The position numbers and the translations under genes were made by a program. A DNA stretch of 62,903 nt, the filler included, from Asterionella formosa (Eukaryota): NCBI GenBank assembly GCA_002256025.1. It is 18 parts of 18 records of this genome, joined end to end, with 100 filler letters (N's around TTAATTAATTAA, not from the genome) between each part and the next. Parts side by side here need not be neighbours in the genome. Positions count along the whole stretch, not along the records: positions 45,382 to 47,240 come from NKIB01001000.1; positions 47,341 to 49,199 come from NKIB01001001.1; positions 49,300 to 51,157 come from NKIB01001002.1; positions 51,258 to 53,115 come from NKIB01001003.1; positions 53,216 to 55,073 come from NKIB01001004.1; positions 55,174 to 57,031 come from NKIB01001005.1; positions 57,132 to 58,989 come from NKIB01001006.1; positions 59,090 to 60,946 come from NKIB01001007.1; 10 more parts are not named here. One strand, 5' to 3'. Positions 46,404-59,112 of the stretch are shown here, piece by piece (positions within the stretch are counted from its first letter, which is position 1; every line of letters begins with the position of its first letter). Below the pieces are notes generated by a model, which saw only the letters and a program-made list of their open reading frames with translations, was not told the origin of the DNA and did not search any database.

Positions 46404-47240
46404 CTAACCTTGTGGAACTCCAGCCAAAACAAGAAGATTGGACTTAAAACTGATCTCCAACTGCCTGCTCATGGCAGTTGTCCTTTGATGAACAACTATG
46501 TCATACAGGCTGTTGAACCTGGCATATCCCTTTGCGTCCCAGCCACCATATCTCTTTCCCTGTCCTCCAGTACCGGTATAAACGTATTTTGGTGCAGGAG
46601 TATCATCTTCATGACCTTTCATCATTGCCTTATGCAACCAGACATCCCAACAATTCTCCAAGACCAACAATGAAAAAACCTCGTCAGAAACACTAACAAT
46701 GTCACTGACATGCTTCTTAGCACACTGTCGTTTCCAAGACAGCTTTCGCCCAACCCTGGAATAAAAGTACTCAACTAGAAGGAAGAAAGGATGATTCTTG
46801 GTTCCTTCTCCATCACCTGTCTCCTGAATAGAAACAGAACGGCTGTTGGAGATGGTATGCTTATTCAGATGAATGTGCATACCATCACGAAAAAGTCCTG
46901 AAGTTTTGTAGATTGGAATCGAATGTTTTGTAAGTAGTAAACAATGAGTATGTTAACCAAGTCAAGAACAAATCAGGCATACCACCAAGTCAAGTTGTTT
47001 ACTTACTGGCAAAGGCATGTTTGAGAGTGGTAACAACGGCATTTCTTTTCTCAGACATCACTTTATTAATATCATTCTTATATGTCTGCCAAATTGACTC
47101 GAAGTCCTTATCGGTTCCCATGAATAGACTTGGGAAGTGAGCACGAAATGAGAGTGCCAGACTAGTTGGTCCCCTTTCATCAAGTTCAATATCACCTGTG
47201 ATAAACTTGACTTTTGGGAAAAGTTCAAGTTTGACCCATT
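46404..47240 (-). CDS. Uncharacterised protein with SDExFxLLVLEN-W / KY / GW..G..RFN motifs; 5' truncated, two introns
   Basis: Open exon 47240-47007, putative introns at about 47006-46898 (GTAAGT..CAG) and 46882-46824 (GTATGC..CAG), and a last exon containing VSVSDEVFSLLVLENCWDVW and YGGWDAKGYARFNSLYDIV. Confidence 0.6.
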
Positions 47241-47340
47241 NNNNNNNNNNNNNNNNNNNNNNNNNNNNNNNNNNNNNNNNNNNNTTAATTAATTAANNNN
47301 NNNNNNNNNNNNNNNNNNNNNNNNNNNNNNNNNNNNNNNN

Positions 47341-49199
47341 TGGGGTACGATTGCTTCATATCCTTAAGTGCGACCCAAGTGGTACTCCCGTCCCTCCGTT
47401 GGCACAGGAGTTGCCACCCTTGAGTTGTCTGTCTCCGCCGCTTGACACCGTTAGACGTTGTGATGAACGCGTCCTCTTTGTCGAGTGCCGTCGCATTCCG
47501 CCTATGATCGATAATGTCGTCGAGAAGTACGTGTCGTTCGCCCTCCTCGTCTATCTGTGAAAACAAATTCTGAGCAATAAGGTTAGAAGACAATGCCTCT
47601 GAGTGTCCGTCAAAGAACTCGACCTCATACTCTCTAGTGTCAAGCAAAGGATTTTCGTGAGCCTTGCCAATAGGTCTACCATCGGCGTCGCGCAATCTCT
47701 TGCGATTCTGCCGAATTGAACACCGTTGTTGTCATCTCCAGCGCCCCTCGCTATCGCTATCTCTTTGTTGAGGTATGTATCCTCGAAAATATCGGGCGTG
47801 AAGGTGTCATCGGCATTTGGTATTTGGTGATCGCTCACAACATTGTTTATCTCTTCACCGAATACTGAATCGTCCTGTAGATCCGAGTATTCATCCCAAT
47901 CCTGCAATTGTCGCTCCTCCTCGTCGCCTGCATTTTGGTGGTTGTCGTCATGCATGATTTCCTTTATCTTCTCATTGTACTCCTTGCATCTGTCTTTGAC
48001 CTCGCTAGTTGTCAGTTCAAGGTCAGTGATACGCTGCACTGTAGTGCGTGAGATAACGCGACAAGCAATGGTTAGAATCCAATATGACATTAGGTTACCG
48101 ACTCGGTGAGACACACCAAGCCAGCGCCCAAACATGTTCTCGCCAACCCCTGCATTATCCTTGTACCACGCCCAATCGTAGAACCCGAAATCCAAGTATT
48201 CGGATATGTTGGGTGTCTCGCCTGTGATCTGCTCTATAGGAGTCCAACCTTCCAGCGCGAATGATGAGTTAGCAGTGAGAGACATTGTTTCACACACCCA
48301 CACGATTCCGTAATCCCGCAAACGCTTCAGAAGTAATCCCGCAAACGCTTCGGAACCCGACGCTTCATCATTTGTCGAAACCATCGCTTCTTCACTTCGC
48401 GAATGACTGACTCCGCTCGATTCTGTCGATGCTGTTTAGTTTCGCTCACGTGATGTTCAATCCCATACTTCCTCACGTTCTTAATGAATTCTGTTTTCGG
48501 TCCAGTCTGTTCGGACGCCCCGTCAGACGTGAGGTACTCAGGTGCTCCGTAATCACAAATGAATTGTCGGAGCGCCAGACCCACGCCAGACTTCTTCTCC
48601 ATCGGGTACGCTTTTATGAACCATCGGGTACGCTTTTATGAAATACGCTTCATTTGCAAAGATTTGAGCACATGTGCTGTTAGTCAGTGATTTGCATTTC
48701 CCGAAAATGGTGTCAGTGTAGAACCGTTGGTTCCATAACTTCCGCTGGCCATACATCCTATCTGTTCGGTACCGCCTGCTCAATGGGAGTATTGCTGACC
48801 AAATGCCCTTCTGAGTGGTGACCTCTAGGGTCTGTTTCGCTTGAGTCAGTCCGATATTCCACCTTTCGCTGAGTGTCTCATAATTCACTTGAGCATGCCG
48901 GTCCGACGAAACAAAAGTCCTGGTGGCCGGTACGTCTACTTGGGTTGATTTAATGTATCGAACATCTCTTAAAGCCTCCGCCATCTCCTTAAAGCAGTAG
49001 ATGGACGATATTTGGGACAAGAAAGGCTCGATGCCGATCGTGTCCTCCGCCTCCACAGATTGTATGAGGGAAAGGTTGACAGTCTGTGGATTCCATTCGG
49101 TGTCGCAGGTTAAATGAATGTGAGTACAAGTATCAAGTTCACGCTGGGTGGGAGTGGTAGTCTCCAAGAAGATGTTTGTTCCGCTGATCTGCAGCGGAA
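47341..49199 (-). mobile_element. Ty1/copia (CoDi-like, third family) pol fragment: integrase plus chromo-like segment, frameshifted
   Basis: LSERWNIGL..A..TL.VTTQ, LSRRYRTDRM, FYTDT, LTSDGASEQ, QNRAESVIREVK, TPIEQITGETPNISEYLDFGFYDW, GRWLGVSHRVG, REYEVEFFDG and GWQLLCQ.RDGSTTWVALKDMKQSYP. Confidence 0.9.
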
Positions 49200-49299
49200 N
49201 NNNNNNNNNNNNNNNNNNNNNNNNNNNNNNNNNNNNNNNNNNNTTAATTAATTAANNNNNNNNNNNNNNNNNNNNNNNNNNNNNNNNNNNNNNNNNNNN

Positions 49300-49783
49300 C
49301 AGACCATCGTCTCAATCGGCCTCGTCCCAGCATGTGTATCATCGCTATTCTTCGGAGCAGAATGATAACTGTGAACCATCCTCCGCCAAGTCAAAGTTTT
49401 CCACACAGCAATGGATTCAGCTGTTTATATTGATTTGCATTGGGTATTTGGTATGGGATGCCAATCATAATGTACAATTGGCATCGGCACGATTGACGTT
49501 GTATCGACAAGAAACGATCGAAGCAGATGTCCGAGCGACGCAATTGTATGACATGCTGCATCAATTGAGAAAAGAATTTAGTACTGGTGCAGCACTGCCA
49601 CTAGTGCAGCAGCAGCAGCAGCAGCTGGAAAGCACGGATACTCAAGAATCCAACCTCTTGGAAGAAACACGGCGTATTCAACTGCAAATCAAGAATTTAT
49701 CCAAACAAAGTCAAACTGTTGGCCAGGAATTGACGTCGTTGCAAGACTTTCTTGACACTGCGAATAGTAATGATTTGACAAGG
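49300..49783 (+). CDS. Exon fragment of a membrane-anchored coiled-coil protein (5' truncated)
   Basis: TM segment WIQLFILICIGYLVW, poly-Q and heptad-rich helix, followed by a probable GT..AG intron at about 49783-49835. The downstream exon appears decayed. Confidence 0.5.
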
Positions 49784-50930
49784 TAATTTTATAATAATAA
49801 TTATCATTATAATATTCTCATCTGTTCTTTTTCAGCTTTCAAGAAGTCATCTGGCCTTGGCTTGTTTCATGTTGTTGTACAACTGGTACTATTTCTAGAG
49901 TCTAGGTTGAAATGAAAGCAAGAACTGGTACATGTGATCAGCATGCACACTCTTAACTGAAAGTCATTAACATACCAGTAGCATGGTGCGCACTGACAAA
50001 CCGTCGCTTTGGGTTTTGCATTGAGCTCCCTCTTTGCTATAGCTATTGGCAGGACGATGATCCTCTGCATGACCTCCTTCTCTGTCAGCTCCACCATGGT
50101 TCCGTGGTTACTAGGTAGGAGGATCCATTTTACTCTGAGATACACAGGTATATTACGATTTCTTATTTTCCGTTTCTATATCACCGGTAGTCGGGATCAC
50201 TAATTCTTGTATACATGAAGTCCCCCCCTGTTTTGTTATGTAAATGCATGCGATACTTTGCATATGTATCCCTTTGCATCACTCATACATGAATATGTGT
50301 ATAAATATTGCTGAATATTGTTTGGACCATTTCGATGCGTGACTGACGATATATATGCCCACAAATGAGAAGGTTCTCATCATGCACTGATATTGATATG
50401 TAAAGGACGACGAGGACAGTTGAAGGAGCCTGCCTGCCTGCCTGCCATATTACAACATTCAAAGTAAATGGTCTACAACGTCTTTGCAATAAAACCATAT
50501 ACAAGTCCTCTCGTATACCGGTAGTAATAAAGTTTACAAAAATAAGCAATGAATAAGTGTTGGGCTATAGCTAGTTACCGGTAGTACAATGACTTTATGT
50601 GATGTGAATGAAAGAAAACATTTGACGTATGTACATTTTGTTACATAGTGTACCGGTAGATGTAAAACGAAGCATTTGCTTGCTTGTTTCCATGATTTCG
50701 GGAATTTGTTCTACGCACAGCGTCGCGCATGAATACATACAAAGAATGCAAAAACAAAGTTGTATGTAGTTGCACTTTTTGGATTGGCTGGTTCTCTGCT
50801 TGGTATATGAAGTGACTTTCGTTCATTTTTTCTTGTTTGCTTGATGTGTATTTACATTTTCATATAAATGTATATATATTATATAAACAATATACCTGAG
50901 CCTTCCAGTTATATTCGTGTTTTCATCATC

Positions 50931-51157
50931 ATGAGATTGTTTGGTTTATTGGTTCTCGCAGTTCTTAGTACCTCATCTACCGGTAGTACTGTTATTTCCG
51001 ACTGCATTGAAACATGTACCGCAACGGTGACAGCCGCCGCCGCGGCGGCAGATGATGATGATGATGGTGAACAAGTTGGAGTACTTCGTAGCACTGTCCA
51101 GACCCTTCGCGAGCAACATGCCAGTCAAGTTACGGAATTGGAATCTTGTAGAGTCCA
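50931..51157 (+). CDS. N-terminus of a secreted protein (3' truncated)
   Basis: Signal-peptide-like MRLFGLLVLAVLSTSSTG, poly-A and poly-D tracts, then the start of a coiled coil; open to the contig end. Confidence 0.6.
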
Positions 51158-51257
51158 NNNNNNNNNNNNNNNNNNNNNNNNNNNNNNNNNNNNNNNNNNN
51201 NTTAATTAATTAANNNNNNNNNNNNNNNNNNNNNNNNNNNNNNNNNNNNNNNNNNNN

Positions 51258-51339
51258 ATACCTACAGCCTACTTGGTCCCTGACGTGTCCTTACAGGATA
51301 CAAGAAAGCAATAGAGGGCTTCGGGATGCAATTTCAACA
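51258..51339 (+). repeat. Partial 3' or solo LTR of the copia family at 17062-21984
   Basis: CTACAGCCTACTTGGTCCCTGACGTGTCCTTA...GCAATTTCAACA matches the 3' half of the 21984-21838 LTR and is followed by unrelated sequence. Confidence 0.85.
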
Positions 51340-54300
51340 CCAGAAGACAACAAAGAGTGCTGTTTGTAAGCATAAGTGGACTCTGACATTTATCAGTGGA
51401 TGAGAGGTTGTTTGGACTCTGTTCTTGAATGCTCGTTTCCTTTGCACCTACTACACTAAAAAATAGGGAATTCCATGTTTAACCCCGTGGTATCAGAAAG
51501 CGTGTTACAATTGAGTTTCAATTTTATTTGGTTGATACGGTGGAGATCCTCTTACTGGTGGTTGAAGGGTGGTAAATTGGCTGGTGGTCCTCATGATAGA
51601 CTCGTACAACACTGCAGACCGCGCCAGCAATATTTGTTTGTGTTCATTTTACTGTAGCCTGGTACATTCTATTAGTAACAAAGAGCACAACTGTGTCCGC
51701 CTGCGCTCATTTCTACTACCGGTAGCTAATTAATTAAATATTCTATCAGCATCATCATCCTGACACCATATAATTGAAAAATCGTCATGCCAAAAGGAAA
51801 ATTGACAATGACAACAATGATGACAATGATGGCCTTTGTGTGGTAAGTTTGTTGACACAATGGTTCTTCTTGCTTCTCACACCCCTACATCGTCCTTTCT
51901 AACTGACAGCCTCCTCTCACGACTGAATGTTCAAGATTCAATCAAGAATGGCTGTGGTTCATTTTAAAGCCTTTATAGTCGGCGCCTTTTTGGTATGTTT
52001 TTTTGTTTCTTCTTGCCTTTTTTCCACTTCCCGAGCTTCTAACTCTCACAATTCTGCTGCCTCCTACCTATGTTACTATGATAGTCATTTACGAAAGCAT
52101 TTTCAAGATTCATACAAGAGTGGGGGTCGTTTCCAAGCCATCCTTCTTGTTAGCACTTTTTGGCTTGTGTATGTTATTTTTGCCTTCCTTTACCTTTTTT
52201 CTTTGTTCAGCTGAAATGACAAAACAGAATGGCATTTTGCTAGCAAAGTAAGGTGCAATAATATTTATTGTTATAGTTGACATACCAGCCTATACAAGAA
52301 GGCTACCCAGTGTTTCTGAAATTTGCATCCTGCCATCCTGTCATACTGTACATACTCCTGTACTGCTCCTCGCTACCCCCACGTGTCAAAATTCCCGAAT
52401 ACAACGGTATTACTGCAATCAGTGCGTAGACTGTTAAAACTAGAGCCATTTCCCATGTTGTACTAGCTACTGGTAATACATTTCTGCCTATACAATTTTT
52501 TAAGCAATTCCCGCTCCAGCTATCATCTTGCCATTCGGTTACTTCTAAGTAATTTTTAAGCTCTAAGTAATTTTTATTTAGGGGCAATTTGGGGATAATC
52601 CAATTTTTCGGCAATAAAATTGCAGATTTTAGCAAGACAGTCAGAATAACGGTATTATACATAGAAATGGTACAAAAAGCGTCAAACACACAATATTGTT
52701 TGTAACATGCACCATCAATAAAAATTTAACATGATGGTTGGAGCAACCAAAATATGACAAGCAATGTAAGATAGGTAGAATTTGTAGTAGAAAGGTAGCA
52801 AAGCGCGGTAGTACAAGAAAAGCATTCTTGCTTGGCTGGAATATTGACATCATAGTCAACAACTATGATAGCTACAAATCAACAAATAAGAAAAACAATA
52901 CATTTTCAAAGAGTAGGCATTGATACATACATTGGCCCTTGTGTAGGTAGATACAATAGAAAGAAAACGATATTGCGGAACGACTCTCAACGATGGAAGC
53001 AATAAAAACGGACCATGGAAGCAGCCAAGAACCAAATCGGAAATTCGACAAATAGTATCTACATTCCACATTCAGTGTTTCACTGTTGTTGTACTCACCG
53101 ATCTGCCTGCTCTAANNNNNNNNNNNNNNNNNNNNNNNNNNNNNNNNNNNNNNNNNNNNTTAATTAATTAANNNNNNNNNNNNNNNNNNNNNNNNNNNNN
53201 NNNNNNNNNNNNNNNGGAATCTTAGGTAAGTTCTTGCAGGGCGGGAGTTGCTCCGAAAGCATGATGTTTTGAGTTGGTGATTATATTCTTATCAAATATG
53301 ATTCAATTTAAAATTGCTAACGTAATTCATGACACACCAGCTTGTCTAACAGAATATAACTTCCAGACTATGGATATTGATGACTTTATTAGGTGTGCGT
53401 TCACGCTTTATCGTTTTGCGCAGTCAAAGGACATTGACAGGGGAAGCCAGGCCAAGGATACCAAGTCTTGCGTGATGCTCTTGCTCCAGTATATTTTATA
53501 GGCAGGACAAGCCGTGGAGAACCATTTTTAACAGGAGACAAATCTGATGTGACCAAATTTCAACTAAGTCTTCGGGCACAATGTGAATTGCAATCACGTT
53601 TTGTTGGTTCGCTGATCAATGCCAGTACAGAAGCCTTTTGCTTCTTGGTGCTGAATGGAAAATTCCGATTGCAACAAAAATATTTGGGTTTCAATCCAGA
53701 TATGCATGAAATTTCAGAGAACGATAGATATTCGTCATTCTACTGATTTTGTCGACATTGGTGGGAAACCACTTATCAAACTTCTCATTTCCCAATGTAA
53801 GTGAAGAGGATATGGATCAATATGTTGAACCACTTCAACCAAATGTTCCTGAGAAGAATATTGATTACAATGAACTCATTAATCAATAGGACATTGATGA
53901 TGACGTTTATTTTGAATGGATCTAATAGAATCCAATGCATACTTAGTAGTTACATAATAAATATAGTTAGTGTGAGACTTCTACAATGCACAAATCATAT
54001 CATAGATGTTAGGAAAACATTGATGTTGTTCTATACTACTAGTAGTGGCGCCTGTACTGTATGTAGCGGTATACCTCCATTTTTACTACTATGGTGGAGT
54101 GATAATTTCACGACTCTGTATTGTCCAGTACAGCATGATCGGAGTGATGCTAAATTAATTATTATTACCGGTAATTCATTTTCATTCTATCCTGTTCATA
54201 TCCTGACTTTGTCATCTTTTGAAATTTGCAATTTATTTGCGGACATTGCAATGTTGTTACCTGTGTAACTAAAAATTTCGGAAGAACAAATCCCCATCTG

Positions 54301-55642
54301 AGTCTCACAATCGAAATTGTAGCAACCGTTTTTTAATGCATATGGTCACTGTCAACATTGCATGCAAGAACATCATCGAGTTCCTGGAATACATAATGAA
54401 ACTATGTATTGCGGTAGTGCATCAAATCATTCAAGGAAAGAAGTTAATGGCAGTGTAACTGCTGCAGCATTTAGGGAGAGTAGACAACAAGAAGAGATTA
54501 TGTGTCCTTTCCTTGAATCAAGTGGCCACAATCATCCATTTCATGATGACAGCGACGATTCAGCTCATAACAATATTCAGTCACAACAAGACGAACAATT
54601 GATACTAAAAACTCTCCAAGGATTGAATTCAGAGACCATGCAATATTCAGATTTCCAAGATCACACCGGCTTTCTCACTGAAAATGCAATGGAAATACCC
54701 CTTCCTCCTCAATAACACAAAGTCGTGTACTGTAAACAATGGAAGTAAGTCATGTTTCTTGTTTGACTGATCCTTTGCATGAAATCCATGAAATGACATT
54801 TGGAAAGTTGTCAAAGGGCCAGAAGACTATGATGTAAAACAGTGGAAGGGAAACGCGGAGCTAGCTTTTTGCGGCGCTTGTGGAGGTGCAGCTGGTGTGA
54901 TGGTAACCGAGTGTAGTAATTGTTGAACAGAGCACAGCAGTGTAACATGCATGTTCCGCCAGCGTAGTGTTTACACAATACACATGCCGGCTTAAATACA
55001 GCTATAACAAGGAAAAACGACACAACAATTAACGTGATGGCTGCTTGTTGAGGATACCGGTATGTGTTATGCANNNNNNNNNNNNNNNNNNNNNNNNNNN
55101 NNNNNNNNNNNNNNNNNTTAATTAATTAANNNNNNNNNNNNNNNNNNNNNNNNNNNNNNNNNNNNNNNNNNNNGATTGTATGACACCACCAATTCTGATT
55201 TTTGTCAATGATAAATAAAATTCCAATGTCCCTGACCACTAGCTCACTCTATATAATTTATAGGTATTCTTGTGATTGCAGAAATCACACCAGTTTTCAG
55301 GCAGTTTATCCCATGGTACTATGATTCACTCAATTCATAGCAGAAGAAGTCTACGTTGTCTCCAGCAGCGTTGACAGCACCACCAGCCATGTGACGGGGA
55401 TTTACTCAGGTTGTACACATTCTGAGAGGATGGTCTATAACTCCTAAATGCATGCAAAACAAGGCGGGTCTGAATAGTGGTGTCCACTTATTTACATAGA
55501 ACATATAGTAAGCTTCAGTACTACAGACATGCATTAACATTTGTTTATTCTATTTATCATATGAGAAATTACAACTACAAGGAATGTCACCAACGCTGTT
55601 TTCTCCTAACCACGATCTGGATATAAAATAGCTTTGCGATGG

Positions 55643-56630
55643 CTAACCTTCGTGATTGGAGTCAACGGCAAGTTCAGGGATATGTGATATCGACGGGGCC
55701 AACCTTCCCCTCAAAGGAGTCTGCTTTCTATGCATACTTGCAACGGATCGAGCTGACGGGTATTCTGCAGATACCGATCTTCCCCTAAGAGACGAATGCT
55801 GTCCATGCTTTGTTCCAAAGGATCGATTCGAAGAGGAAGTATAGGGCGGATCGAAACTATCTGTAGTTGGTGTAATGACAACTGTTCTTCCGTTTGAGTC
55901 TTCCAACTGATCGAATCCTACAGCCACCGCTAGAGGCCGTCTTCTTGAGTTTTCTTTGTGTAGCAACTTGTCTGAATTGCTCGCTGGCCGAACGTTTCTG
56001 TCCTCTAGAGCAACCATTGTTGGGTCGGACATGACAGTCATGGTAGAGTCCACAGTGAATTCTTTTCCGTAAAGTAGTGCACTGTCCGCAGACAATGATG
56101 TTCGTAGGCCATCAATGTCTCTAGAGTATGAACCCTGACGAACAACAGCGTGAGTAAAATGTTTTGTCATCCAATCTCCATTAGAACAAAAGAAAACAAC
56201 AAGCAACAACAACGATCTTCTGCTAGTCAACACTGAAAGCTAATCGAGTATGGAACTCAAAACATAGTCGAAGATTCAGAGTCGACTCTTGGGCGTCGTG
56301 TTCACGAAGAAGAAAAGGTGTGTGAAATTCGGGTCGAGTTTCCATTGACCCGGTAGATTATAATTGCGAATTTCAATTCTTCAGACGATCTCGATCGTTG
56401 ACAAGAATCGATAAGCTTCTCACCTGTTCATGAGGGACCAGACTAACATTCGCCGAAGATACAAACGTTGTCAACAAAAAGCCACGAACTGCGGCCAACA
56501 TGGACGAATCCATTTTTGTGCGGGGGATAACTTTCCACTCGTTTTCTTCTTTCGACTCCACTGTCGATTCCTCTATTTCGACCTGCGGAGTGCCAAAGGA
56601 CGTCCAGGATGAGCTGAAAATGATCTCCAT
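55643..56630 (-). CDS. Hypothetical Ser-rich protein, exon structure unresolved
   Basis: Co-oriented ORF pieces (56630-56373 and 56233-55643) with coding-like composition. No recognisable domain. Confidence 0.35.
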
Positions 56631-57179
56631 TTCTTTGTGCATAGCTAGAATGTGATTGCCACAGTCGTAATAAAGAAAGAACAAGATAAAGTGTGCTAAA
56701 GTCACACTAAAGGAATCAAAAATTTGGCTGATAATAAATTTATATTTATGTAATGCACCCACGACGCATGATCCCAAGAAATTCGACTGGATACTTATAT
56801 ACATTAATATAAATTTAATAGAGCTAACAAGACCTAAATTTTTAACACATGCGTTGAGCGCTGCTGTTGAGTTTTGGTCAGTATGGGAACAGTTAATATA
56901 TAAATGAAAACTTTTATACTGTATCCGTTATTTGGAGGGTTAGTTGTGAGCAAGGTCAACCTTGACCAGGTGCACTCTAATGCTGTCACGGTCACTTCAT
57001 TCGTGACAGAGGGTTGGTCGAAATCTAGAACNNNNNNNNNNNNNNNNNNNNNNNNNNNNNNNNNNNNNNNNNNNNTTAATTAATTAANNNNNNNNNNNNN
57101 NNNNNNNNNNNNNNNNNNNNNNNNNNNNNNNTCAGGTACACATAGTACATTGGCATGTAGCTCCTACGGGCAAGCGATG

Positions 57180-57975
57180 AAAGTAGTGGTTCCAACTACT
57201 GTAATATACTCACTGCCTGATCAAGGACGGGGTCACACAAAACCTCGTGGGGAGTAATCCCCCTTTGTGTGATAGACTAGGACTACCTCCAGGTTTAAGT
57301 CTATCGGGTACGCAGCAATATGGAGGGACTGCATCTATACGTACGTTGTGATGAGAGTAGCAGGAGTCGTACGGCGAATGCGATGCTGCAGGAGCATAAT
57401 AAACCTGCACGGATCCATGCACCAACCGGGAGTAACGCACCCGGAGGGTACGGAAAGCTATTTTCCAGCAGCAATGGACCACCAGACCCTTATGGAAGAG
57501 GCCTAGAGTAATCTAGATCCGGACTGGCTCTCTGTGTAGGGAACGAACCTATAACCCGGTTAGTTCCCGAGGGGATTGCCTTGTATCCCCTCCATGGGTG
57601 GGGGCTACTATGGAGGAACCCGGTGAAGGATATCCAAGTGTAACCCGGATAAGTGGTTACTTGGAAGGGGAAGCATATGGGGACCATTACTGGGCAACCT
57701 GGAGAGCTAACTCCATTGTTACCCATATACGCATGGACAACATTCAAGGGAGGGTGCATTGTTCATGACACGACAATCAACCCCTCGGGTGAGGGGGGTC
57801 CAAATCCACGGACCCTATCGTATTTTCCATCATGTAGTAGCATCGTTCGTTCGTTCGTTCGTTCGTAAATTTTACAAAGAGGATTGCAATAACAAAACAT
57901 AAAGGAATAAAGACCCAAAGTTCACCTGTGTTTATAAAGCTGGCTAACACGTTATCTCGAACACACAGGTGAGTA
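57180..57975 (+). other. Hairpin-dense non-coding region (LTR or 5' leader) upstream of gag
   Basis: More than 15 short inverted-repeat pairs packed end to end, two closed by GTAA (GNRA) loops. Also (TCGT)6 at 57843-57866, AATAAA near 57906 and a possible LTR end TAACA at 57949. Confidence 0.7.
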
Positions 57976-57985
57976 CTAGCCCAAT

Positions 57986-58989
57986 ATGGTTCTATCTTTT
58001 CGCAACCATGCAGTCCACGCCAATGTAGCCGTGGAAGGTAATGCCGAAAGCATATCTCCCGAGCTCAACCAGATGGTCCTCGATCTTCTCCTAGTCGATC
58101 TTAGACATGCAGATGACCCCGATGAAGACGGGCATACTGATGCTGTTGCAATGAGAAAAATCCTCACCACCATGAAAGTGACTGGGATGGACAACCTGCG
58201 CAACGTCCTTAACGTTCACCAAATCCAAAGCCCAGCATTTATCAATTCAGTCCAACCTGCTCTCGATTGGCTTACTGTCCTAGCTAAGTGGCAGCTCTTG
58301 GACATCGAGGAGACCCCGGAGGACTTTGATGAGATGAAACATGAGGTGGCAGCTCGCTATACCCATGTAGCTCACAACTGGCCTACCCCAGCGGCTCTCA
58401 CGCACTGGGGGCCCGGGAACAAATCTGTCCAACGTATCTTCACTACACCTGTCCAGCAGCTCAGACAATTTTCCGGCGACCATGGAGATTGGCTGGAATG
58501 GAGCCAGCAGAGTATCGGGCATTTTGCAACCTCGAACCTCATCAAGGTAATCAAATCCCGGAACTATGCCCTCAAGAACCCCGACGAAAACGGCCTTGTC
58601 TGGGGCATGCTGGTTGCCTCCATCTCGACTACAGCGGTTGCTAGATTGGCACTCACTACCAAGGAGGAGCATGATGGACACGAAGCTTGGCACAAACTCC
58701 GTGGCTATTACGAAGGGGAAGAACTGGTCATTCACTGGATTAAAAAGTACAACAAGGTGCTGGACAATCTCCGCCTTACTGAAGGAGGATCTCTACGCGA
58801 GTTTCATAATTCGTTCACCGATTGTATGTGTAAACTTACACAGTACATGAAAATTGTTACGGAAAAGAAACTCAAAGCAGACGAAATCCCTGACAGTTAC
58901 AATTGGTGGAAGTTGTACACTGCCAAGTTGACTGACCCCAAGTATAACACGAAGGACGTCAAGGAGAGTCTCGAGAGGTACAAGGAGGA
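57986..58989 (+). mobile_element. Copia-type gag ORF, intact up to the contig end
   Basis: FSGDHGDWLEWSQQ, NGLVWGMLVAS, DGHEAWHKLRGYYEG and LDNLRL..SLREFHNSF resemble the copia gag capsid region. No stops in about 335 codons. Confidence 0.7.
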
Positions 58990-59112
58990 NNNNNNNNNNN
59001 NNNNNNNNNNNNNNNNNNNNNNNNNNNNNNNNNTTAATTAATTAANNNNNNNNNNNNNNNNNNNNNNNNNNNNNNNNNNNNNNNNNNNNACTTGTGAACT
59101 GTTACAACCATC

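Noticed and set aside
53216..54715. Short ORFs at 53274-53746 and 54362-54715 as genes
   Set aside because: They are fragmentary, with no recognisable motif or resolvable exon structure.
57210..57360. Hammerhead ribozyme in the structured leader (CTGATCA near 57217, GTGATGAG near 57348)
   Set aside because: Neither matches the CUGANGA core with a correctly placed GAAA and three stems.
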